Program-made: the position numbers and the translations under genes
Shown: positions 8,653 to 17,072 of the stretch, piece by piece
How the letters are laid out: every line of letters begins with the position of its first letter
How positions within the stretch are numbered: position 1 is the first letter of the stretch
The notes under the pieces: generated by a model
Seen by the model: the letters and a program-made list of their open reading frames with translations, nothing else
The model's database searches: none
What the model was told of the DNA's origin: nothing
Assembly (NCBI GenBank): GCA_977862235.1
Contig: OZ374562.1
Span: forward strand, 2,418,001 to 2,482,000
DNA from: Dudresnaya verticillata
Lineage: Eukaryota
Length of the DNA: 64,000 bases
Direction: 5' to 3'

Positions 8653-11600
8653 TTATGTCTCAACGTCGAATACTAATGCTTGCCCGTTCTCCAGAGCAAC
8701 GGCCAACTTGCGCCCAGCCACGCTATAATCCCACCTGCTTTCGATACTCACCTGTCCCGGCAATGTAGCAAGGACAGGCCCGTCCCGTCCGAGGACCACG
8801 GTGCGGTCCCAGCTCTTGCAGCGTATGTCAACATCACTCCCACTGCCTTTTCCCTTCTCCTCCTCCAGCACCCATTTCTCAGCCAATTCGTAGCGATGTG
8901 CACTCCCGCTATATGCTCCCTTCTCCTCCAGCAACAATTTCTTAGCCAATTCGTAGCGATGTGCACTCCCGCTATCTGCTCCCTTCTCCTCCAGCAACAA
9001 TTTCTTAGCTAATTCGTAGCGATGTGCACTTTCGCTATATGCTCCCTTCTCCTCCAGCATCAATTTCTTAGCCAATTCGTAGCGATGTGCACTTTCGCTA
9101 TATGCTCCCTTCTCCTCCAGCACCCATTTCTCAGCCAATTGGTAGCGCTGTGCATCTCCCACCAGCTGCCCTGTCGTCATATCCCATATGCTCACGTCGC
9201 CATAAGACAGTATGCCCCGCTTCATATCGTCAGGCCCCGTGCGAAACTGACTGATCTCCCACGATTCGAAAGCCGCCACGTGGTTCCCGTCAGGACTTAT
9301 GGCCAACCGCATGTCGAAGAATGTTGTGCCCTTTCCGCGCAAAAGGCCCACGAGCTTGCCACTTTCCAGATCCCACACAGCACCAGCGCCGCTCCAATCC
9401 GCAGACACGACGCGGCGTTCGTCTGGGCTTATCGCCACACTCTCTATGTGTAGATAACTTCGAAACGGCTTGCCTACTTGCTTCCCACTTGCCAGGTCCC
9501 ACACTGCGACTGTACGGTCCCGATCCCCACACACAAGGCGCTGCCCGTCTCGACTTAGCGCCACGCACCTTACGTTTCCGAAGTCACTCCGCAACGGCTT
9601 GCCCGCTTGCTTGACCATTCCCCTATCCCATACTCGTATCGACTTGTCCCTAGATCCAGAAACAATGCGGCGACAGTCAGGGCTCACTGCCACGCAAGTT
9701 ACGCAATCCGAGTGACCGCACAACGGCTCGCCCACTTGCTGGCCGCTTTCCAGATCCCACACTCTTATCGTCGCGTCTTCAGATCCAGACACGATGCGGC
9801 GCCCGTCAGGGCTCACTGCCACGCAACGTACCCAACTCGAGTGACCGCACAACGGCTCGCCCACTTGCTTGCCGCTTCCCAGATCCCACACTCTTATCGT
9901 CGCGTCTTCAGATCCCGACACAATGCGGCGCCCGTCAGGGCTCATTGCCACGCAAGTTACCCAATTCGAGTGACCGCGCAACGGCTCGCCCACTTGCTGG
10001 CCGCTTTCCACATCCCACACTCTTATCGTCTCGTCCTTAGATCCAGACACAATGCGGCGCCCGTCAGGGCTCACTGCCACGCAACTTACGAGACTCGAGT
10101 GACCGCGCAACGGCTCGCCCACTTGCTGGCCGCTTTCCAGATCCCACACTCTTATCGTCTCGTCGCGAGATCCAGACACAATGCGGCGCCCGTCAGGGCT
10201 CACTGCCACGCAAGTTACCCAATCCGAGTGACCGCACAACGGCTCGCCCACTTGCTTGCCGCTTCCCAGATCCCACACTCTTATCGTCTCGTCCCAAGAT
10301 CCAGACACAATGCGAAGCCCGTCAGGGCTTAATGCTAGGCCTCTTACATCATTGGAGTGCCCCACATATTCACGGATAACAACGCTAGTGTGAATGTCCA
10401 CCAGCAACAAAGTCCTTCCGACTACTGTGACAATTTTCCCCGTCTTATCCGCCGGGGTAACAGCGAATACTTCATCCGAAAAAGGGATTTCAAGTTGTTG
10501 TCGCCCCCACGGTGAACTCCAGTACATACTCATTGGTCGGAGACGAGGAGACGGAGCTAACCTCGTGGCCGTCTCGAGATACCGTTGAACAAGCCATGAA
10601 TCACGATATCCTTCCATCAGCCTTGAACGCATTTGGAACAAAACCTCGCGGGGGTTCCGAACAACAAACGCCCAACTCTCTTGCGCCGCGCATCGCAACA
10701 TCATGAAGCCTCTCTCAAACTCCGCTTCATCCACTAAACCGCTACATACACAAGCATCTCTCAAGTCGTACATCCCGTCCATCCACTTTGGAGTGTTCAA
10801 AGAATTCTCGCTTGCGCTGCCCAACTGCTGAACACCTTCCATCTTATCTGCAACGTGCTTGCTACGGTCGTCATGCATCGGAAAGTGTTCAGAGTCCTCG
10901 TAGACCCCTTCGTACGCTTGACGTATCCTAGCAATCCCCCTGCTTACCGACTTGAAAGAGACCACTTTCGTACCCTTCACTTCAAGGTCCTCGTAAATGT
11001 ACTGCGCAACTGCAACAGTGTGCTCGACCAGATGTCTCATAGTATTCGAAAAAGAAGACGGTGATGGTTTCCATCCAGTTGTCTGCGTAGCTTCTTCCAA
11101 AATAGAGCGGGTTTCCTCGATATTACCAACTAGACTTCGGTCACGCTGGCTGGGATATGCACCACCCGGCGAAGACGACTGTTGATGTCGTTTCGCTTCT
11201 AGCAGCAACTGTGCTGCTCTCTGCTCGTCCTTAAGGACACCGACATCGCCGCAAGCAAGCAAAAATGCCAGTTCAGTGCACGCGGTACGGGTGCTGCCAA
11301 CTTGTATCGAGTGTTCGAAAAGCTCCTTCGCTCGAGGTGGGTCGCGAAGTTCTCCGAGCTCCTTCGATAGAAAAACCTGACCGAGCCGAATCATCCAATG
11401 CGGCGGCGCTCTCTCGTTGTTGCTGTCGCACGTGCGCTGGAAAAGCTCGGTAGCACCGGGAACATCTCGTCCGACATTGACAGTGCCAGTTAATACCAGT
11501 TCAACCAACCCGGTCGCCACGGAAACGCTCCCATACTCGTTCACAGCTTGTTCGAAGAGACTAGTGGCCCGAGACTTGTTCATCTCGACGTCTCGCCCAC

Positions 11601-13515
11601 CGTTTGTGAAGAGCTGCACAAGATCCACTACTGCACGAGCGCCAGCACCATCCCCGACAGCACGGGCGTACAATGAAGCGGCACGATTTTCGTCCTTTGG
11701 CACATCCTCACCACCGTCGAGTAGAATATTCGCAAGACCGTATAGAGCTTCAACCGATGCTGTTTCAGTAATCACAGATTCATACAATGCTACAGCGTCA
11801 GCCAAGTTCTTCTCGGTCCCGTTTTTCCCATCAGAAAGATAGTCAGCAACCTTCGTCTTTGTCGCAACAACCAAGTCTTCGTAACTCTGTCCTAACACCA
11901 CTTTCGTATGGCCTAAGGCCTTACTCACGATACGATCGAAAACTTGAGGGTGTGAATCCGCAAACCCGAAAGAATCATCAAGCGCCAGAGTAGCAATCCC
12001 ATACACAATCTCCACAATGTCTACTTCTGGTTTCTCAATGAATCTCTTCATGCTGATACGAGACAAGAGCTCACACATCGCTGAGCGCGACCCTGTAAAC
12101 TTTTCCAGAAACTCAACACAAGGTCCTAACTTGGTTTCCGTCTCTGAATCTTCAAACTCTCCAGGCGCAAGCAAACAACTCCGAATGCCGATCAATGCCG
12201 TCACGATCCAATCTGCAGAAAAGTTCAGCATCGCACTTCTCCACGCCTCGCAACTTCCCACATAATCACCGTTCTCGTACAATCGCCTGGCCAGACCACA
12301 TTGCCAAGAGGATACTTCGCCCAACCGTTGCGAAAAGTCAATATCTACCCATGCCTTGTTCTGAACATCGAGACCTATGTCAACATAGCGTCGCGAAGCA
12401 GTTGGCCCCGCACGATGCCCCAGGGACCCTGTGTCATTGCCAACAGACTCAAGCTCCACGTCTCCTGCTCTCTGCAGGCAGCTGTCCTCCGTCGCACCCG
12501 GAGCACCAGTATCTATGTCCTGGCGCTCTGCAGCGCCTCCACAAAGGTGTTGAAAAAGCTCTTGGTGTGTGCCATCTGCCCACTTTTGCATGTGAGAAAA
12601 CGGTTCGTCATCACCAGAAGCCGTATCACACAGGTCAAGGCCTTCGTAAACGCGCCATTTGTGCAGCCCGATTGCCTCTACCGGAAAGACGATGAAGTGT
12701 GCCCCGCAAACCCCGTGATGGTCGATGAATTCTTCCGTTGACGCGGCCGAAGTGTTGAATCCGGCGCCAACGCGTGCTGCAGGGTGCCCACCAATGATAC
12801 CAGCTGAAAGTTCCGATGCAGACCTCGTTGCAACACCAACGTTACCCACAAGCTGCGTTGTAACGATTCCAATCAGCCTTCGATCCGTAACTCCTCGCAG
12901 CTCTGTTCTAATGGAAGCCAAAATCTGCCGCCACAGCGCCTCCGCGTGCTCCCATATCAAGAACTTCAGGTCAGTCGGCGGTCCGCCAATGTATCGGCGG
13001 GAGAACGTAATGCCTATTGCAATCTCACGGTATTTCGCAGCCGACTGCGCGAAGCCAGCCCCGGCGCCAATGGCTGCACCAGACTCGACCATGAATCCAC
13101 CCCTTCCCAATGACTCCTCAGTGGCGATTTTCTTGGCAACCTGTCTGTTCGCCGCGGATGTTTCGGTCTTTTCAAACTCTCTCTGGAATGAAGCGATGAC
13201 ATTATTGTCCCAAGCTTCCAAACTGGAAGCACCAGCAGCCCAGCTCTCGAACATGGCGCGCAAATTTAGCCGAAAGCTCCACGGGCTTTCGCCCCGGAGC
13301 TTAGGATCGCAGTGTATTCTGACCACTCGAAAAAGATTCAGTTGGTCTTCTCGCACCGGGCAGAATACCGAGTAGGCTCTGAGATGTTGGTTGAGTATTG
13401 TGTGGACGTCACGCCGTTCGGAGTCTTTCGGGGTGGAGGTGTCTCTGTCGGATGTCTTCGAAGCCCTCTTCCCCTTCCCAAGCAACCTATTCGTTTTTCT
13501 CGTAGTAGAACTCAT
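8653..13515 (-). CDS. Intronless 1620-aa protein: putative gasdermin-like N-domain + Sel1-like repeats + helical linker + WD40 repeats + 21-aa repeat
   Basis: Long open ORF from ATG. About 6 Sel1-like units (e.g. ALYGLANILLDGGEDVPKDENRAASLYARAV) at about 11185-11870, and 8-9 WD40 repeats (GHS..V.CVAVSPDGRRIVSGS.D.TIRVWD). No Walker A motif seen. The N-domain identity is inferred from pattern only. Confidence 0.93.
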   Translation of the reverse strand: MSSTTRKTNRLLGKGKRASKTSDRDTSTPKDSERRDVHTILNQHLRAYSVFCPVREDQLNLFRVVRIHCDPKLRGESPWSFRLNLRAMFESWAAGASSLEAWDNNVIASFQREFEKTETSAANRQVAKKIATEESLGRGGFMVESGAAIGAGAGFAQSAAKYREIAIGITFSRRYIGGPPTDLKFLIWEHAEALWRQILASIRTELRGVTDRRLIGIVTTQLVGNVGVATRSASELSAGIIGGHPAARVGAGFNTSAASTEEFIDHHGVCGAHFIVFPVEAIGLHKWRVYEGLDLCDTASGDDEPFSHMQKWADGTHQELFQHLCGGAAERQDIDTGAPGATEDSCLQRAGDVELESVGNDTGSLGHRAGPTASRRYVDIGLDVQNKAWVDIDFSQRLGEVSSWQCGLARRLYENGDYVGSCEAWRSAMLNFSADWIVTALIGIRSCLLAPGEFEDSETETKLGPCVEFLEKFTGSRSAMCELLSRISMKRFIEKPEVDIVEIVYGIATLALDDSFGFADSHPQVFDRIVSKALGHTKVVLGQSYEDLVVATKTKVADYLSDGKNGTEKNLADAVALYESVITETASVEALYGLANILLDGGEDVPKDENRAASLYARAVGDGAGARAVVDLVQLFTNGGRDVEMNKSRATSLFEQAVNEYGSVSVATGLVELVLTGTVNVGRDVPGATELFQRTCDSNNERAPPHWMIRLGQVFLSKELGELRDPPRAKELFEHSIQVGSTRTACTELAFLLACGDVGVLKDEQRAAQLLLEAKRHQQSSSPGGAYPSQRDRSLVGNIEETRSILEEATQTTGWKPSPSSFSNTMRHLVEHTVAVAQYIYEDLEVKGTKVVSFKSVSRGIARIRQAYEGVYEDSEHFPMHDDRSKHVADKMEGVQQLGSASENSLNTPKWMDGMYDLRDACVCSGLVDEAEFERGFMMLRCAAQESWAFVVRNPREVLFQMRSRLMEGYRDSWLVQRYLETATRLAPSPRLRPMSMYWSSPWGRQQLEIPFSDEVFAVTPADKTGKIVTVVGRTLLLVDIHTSVVIREYVGHSNDVRGLALSPDGLRIVSGSWDETIRVWDLGSGKQVGEPLCGHSDWVTCVAVSPDGRRIVSGSRDETIRVWDLESGQQVGEPLRGHSSLVSCVAVSPDGRRIVSGSKDETIRVWDVESGQQVGEPLRGHSNWVTCVAMSPDGRRIVSGSEDATIRVWDLGSGKQVGEPLCGHSSWVRCVAVSPDGRRIVSGSEDATIRVWDLESGQQVGEPLCGHSDCVTCVAVSPDCRRIVSGSRDKSIRVWDRGMVKQAGKPLRSDFGNVRCVALSRDGQRLVCGDRDRTVAVWDLASGKQVGKPFRSYLHIESVAISPDERRVVSADWSGAGAVWDLESGKLVGLLRGKGTTFFDMRLAISPDGNHVAAFESWEISQFRTGPDDMKRGILSYGDVSIWDMTTGQLVGDAQRYQLAEKWVLEEKGAYSESAHRYELAKKLMLEEKGAYSESAHRYELAKKLLLEEKGADSGSAHRYELAKKLLLEEKGAYSGSAHRYELAEKWVLEEEKGKGSGSDVDIRCKSWDRTVVLGRDGPVLATLPGQVSIESRWDYSVAGRKLAVALENGQALVFDVET
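8852..9155 (-). repeat. In-frame 63-bp (21-aa) tandem repeat, about 4.5-5 copies (EEKGAYSESAHRYELAKKLLL)
   Basis: CTCCCTTCTCCTCCAGC recurs at 8916, 8979, 9042 and 9105. The 2318-4528 paralog has a single copy. Confidence 0.93.
9595..10368 (-). repeat. 129-bp (43-aa) WD40 tandem array of high internal identity, 6 units, followed by 2-3 degenerate units
   Basis: Units are near-identical at the DNA level (e.g. gcggcgcccgtcagggctcactgccacgcaa). Differences are concentrated after GHS and at SGS-x-D-x. Confidence 0.95.
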
Positions 13516-13743
13516 GGATGGTCCGGAACGGGCGTTGAGCCAAGGAGAAGAGATGAGCTATTCCTCGTTGCGGTGGCAGGGGTCACGAGGGGCACTGCAA
13601 GTTACCCAGAAGCTGAAGTAGGTGAGCTGGTGTGGAGCGGAAGTCTCCTGCTGTCTTCATCGAGGCGGCACGGTCAACTCCCAAAAATGCAGGGGCCCTT
13701 TTCCAACGTGCTGCCTCGCGCCTATTGGGTACAGTACTATATA

Positions 13744-13780
13744 CATCATCATCATCACAACTTTATTGAAGCAAGACGAA
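13744..13780 (-). mobile_element. Possible 3' end of a non-LTR retroelement or SINE (AATAAA followed by a (GAT)n tail)
   Basis: Minus strand reads TTCGTCTTGCTTCAATAAAGTTGTGATGATGATGATG. The same ~30 bp recurs in each tandem unit (first at about 27206-27235). No RT ORF is visible. Confidence 0.4.
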
Positions 13781-14627
13781 CAGCGGAAACCCTAATGACT
13801 TAGCCGCTGATAACTACTGGAAGGTCTGGACTAACGGGACGTCGACGATTCACGGCGAGGGCGGTGAGCTGGAGAATGCGGGAAACCAGTGGTGAAACTA
13901 ACGAATGGTATTCAGTAGTAGGATTTGTTCCCCGGCGCGTGGCCAGGAAAGAAGCGAGCTTTTGAAGTGCGCTACGGCATTCGGGGCCAATGCCTCCGTG
14001 AATGTCGAATCCCTACTGTATACAGAAGAACAATGATCCCGAAAACGCCCTGAACAGTTCTGCTTCGAAGCCGTCACGAATGTAGAAAGTGGTTAACAAT
14101 CATATGCCTTCTTCCCTCTCGAGTTTCCCCCCGCCCCACAACCTCTCCTCTTTATTGACCCTCTGCGGTCCTCTATATTCTACTTCCTGTCACTAACCCT
14201 CGGCGAGACTTCCTCCTGCACCTCCGCGTGTCACGGTGTTACAGTACTTACCGTCCCTTTGGGCCGGACCGGCCGTGCCCCTCAGCGGGCAACTAGAGCG
14301 ATGACTACGGCCGCACACAACAGGACTCAAACAATGACGTGCATGCGAACTTCGCATTATGGTGTGGGGGCCCCATTCCGCCGCGTTCCCGCCGGTTATT
14401 TTCATTTGTTGTTGGATGACAACTGCGACATGCACCAGTCGTAACAAGCATTGTCCCCTTTCTTCTCAAACTTGCGCACAGTCGCAGAAAACTTGCAATA
14501 CTAACCCTATATTGACTTGGGCATCTCCCGAGATCGCCTCACTTCAAGGTCCTCGTAAATGTAAACCATTTAAACGTTTGAACCAACGGATGTTGTGCAA
14601 GGGCAGAGTCACGAAGACGTCGTTGTT

Positions 14628-15618
14628 ATGACAAAGACGAAGGTTGCTGAATATCTTGCTGATCGAAAAACGGGACGGAGAAGAACTTGGCTGATGCTGT
14701 AGCATAGTATGAATCTGTGATTACTGAAACGGCATCGGCTGAAGCTCTATACGGGCTTGCAAATACTCTGCTGGGCGGTGGTGAGGATGGGGCAAAGGGC
14801 GAAACTCGTATCGCTTTATTGTACGCCCGTGCTGTCGGGGATGGTGCTGGTGCTCGTGCAGTAGTGGACCGTGCCAGGTGGTGAGAAACGGTGGGCGAGA
14901 CGTCGAGATGGGCATGTCTCGCGCCGCTAGTCTCTCTTTGAGCAAGCTGTGAACAAGCATGGGATTGTTTCCGTGGCAATGGGGTTGGTTCAATGGCATT
15001 AACTGGCACCCCCAATGTCGGACGAGGCGTTCCCGGTGCTACCGACCTTTTCCAGCGCACCTGCGACAGCAACAACGAGAGAGCGCTGCCGCATTGGATG
15101 ATTCGGACCGGTAACGTTTTTCTATCGAAGGAGCTCGGAGAACTTCGCGACCCACCTCGAGCGAAGGAGCTTTTCGAACACTCGATACAAGTTGGCAGCA
15201 CTCGTACCGGGTTCACTGAACTGGCATTTTTGCTTGCTTGCGGCGATGCGGGTGTCCTTAAGGACGAGCAGATACCAGCGCAGTTGTTGGCAGAAGCAAA
15301 ACGACATCAACAGTCCTCTTCGACGGGTGATGCATATCCCAGCCAGCGTGACCGAAGTCTAGTCAGTAATGTCGAGGAAGCCCGCTCTATTTTGAAGGAA
15401 GCTACGCAGACAACTGGATGGAAACTATCGCAGTCTTCTTTTTCGAATACCATGAGACATCTGGTCGAGCACGCTGTTGCCTGTTGCGTAGTACATTGAT
15501 GAGGACCTTGAAGCGTAGGGTAAGAAAGAGGTCTCTTTCAAGTCGGTAAGCAGGGGGGTAGCTAGGATACGTCCAGCTTACGAAGGGGTGTACGAGGACC
15601 CTGGACACTTTCCGGCGC
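14628..15618 (+). pseudogene. Inverted, degenerate copy of the Sel1-like region
   Basis: Homologous to the reverse complement of about 16510-17490. Contains stops and frameshifts. ORF 14993-15499 ends with the same frameshifted HAVACCVVH as 16622-17974. Confidence 0.88.
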
Positions 15619-17072
15619 TCAGCTTTGAGAATAAAGGGATGGCTGTGAAAGAATGGTCTCAACTTGATTTTCTGTGATGTCTGTCCTCTCTCTCCTCTCC
15701 GTCCCAGGCGCCATGCTTTTGCCTTAGTACACATCAGGGTCTCCACCCTGGTCGCCTCCATTTCAGAGCTTACTCAGTATTCTGCCCCGTACGAGAAGAC
15801 CAACTGAATCTTTTTCGAGTGGACTTCCCGCACCGGGCCAGCTGACAAAGTTGCATTTGATGGCCGACCGTAGCATGCCTCACAAAAAATATCTCGTGCT
15901 TGGTGCGAGCTTGATGGGTGAATAACTTGGCTTGAAGAGCTGTTCAAGCTCTTGGCATGGCTGTTCTGTTCTATCTTTGTGCTGTTCAAGTTCTGGTTCT
16001 TGTGTAATGTTTGCTGTTCACGTAGTTCAAGCTGTTGAACGTAGTTCAAGCTGTTGAGCAGTTGCTGACCAAACTGTCCGCAATGGTTTCTCCGGCGGTT
16101 GATAGTTTTTAGATGTCTAGTGCTAGCTGTTACTCTGCAGTGGTCTTGTTCTGTTTTGTCTAGTTGTTCTGCGGACTTTTGTCTATTTATTTTGGACAAC
16201 CGTCGTACTGCGGAATCTCCAGCAATCGAATCACAACAACATTTACCACCTGTCTACCTTTTACTCCATACGTCCATCTCCATCTCACCACCTTCCCTTC
16301 CTCTTCTCCATTTTTGCCTGCGTCTCCACCAATTATTAAATGGGAGCTCGGTCGAGGTTACGGAGGCGACCAGGGCGGAGACCCTGATGTGTACTAAGGC
16401 AAAAGCATGGCGCCTGGGACGGAGAGGAGAGAGAGGACAGACATCACAGAAAATCAAGTTGAGACCATTCTTTCACAGCCATCCCTTTATTCTCAAAGCT
16501 GAGCGCCGGAAAGTGTCCAGGGTCCTCGTACACCCCTTCGTAAGCTGGACGTATCCTAGCTACCCCCCTGCTTACCGACTTGAAAGAGACCTCTTTCTTA
16601 CCCTACGCTTCAAGGTCCTCATCAATGTACTACGCAACAGGCAACAGCGTGCTCGACCAGATGTCTCATGGTATTCGAAAAAGAAGACTGCGATAGTTTC
16701 CATCCAGTTGTCTGCGTAGCTTCCTTCAAAATAGAGCGGGCTTCCTCGACATTACTGACTAGACTTCGGTCACGCTGGCTGGGATATGCATCACCCGTCG
16801 AAGAGGACTGTTGATGTCGTTTTGCTTCTGCCAACAACTGCGCTGGTATCTGCTCGTCCTTAAGGACACCCGCATCGCCGCAAGCAAGCAAAAATGCCAG
16901 TTCAGTGAACCCGGTACGAGTGCTGCCAACTTGTATCGAGTGTTCGAAAAGCTCCTTCGCTCGAGGTGGGTCGCGAAGTTCTCCGAGCTCCTTCGATAGA
17001 AAAACGTTACCGGTCCGAATCATCCAATGCGGCAGCGCTCTCTCGTTGTTGCTGTCGCAGGTGCGCTGGAAA
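15050..17072. repeat. Large inverted repeat: near-identical arms of about 710 bp (15050-15760 / 16362-17072) around a spacer of about 600 bp; weaker pairing extends to about 14630/17490
   Basis: Identical translations appear on opposite strands (15402-15761 minus vs 16099-16719 plus; 15122-15310 minus vs 16811-16999 plus). The arms include non-family sequence. Confidence 0.92.

Noticed and set aside
9595..10368. WD40 array as CRISPR or a diversity-generating retroelement target
   Set aside because: It is an in-frame coding repeat. No reverse transcriptase, template repeat or adenine-specific variation is visible.
15900..16360. Spacer of the inverted repeat, with GCTGTTCAAG-like reiterations and ORFs 15774-16199 and 16099-16719
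   Set aside because: Low-complexity sequence with no assignable product or element termini.
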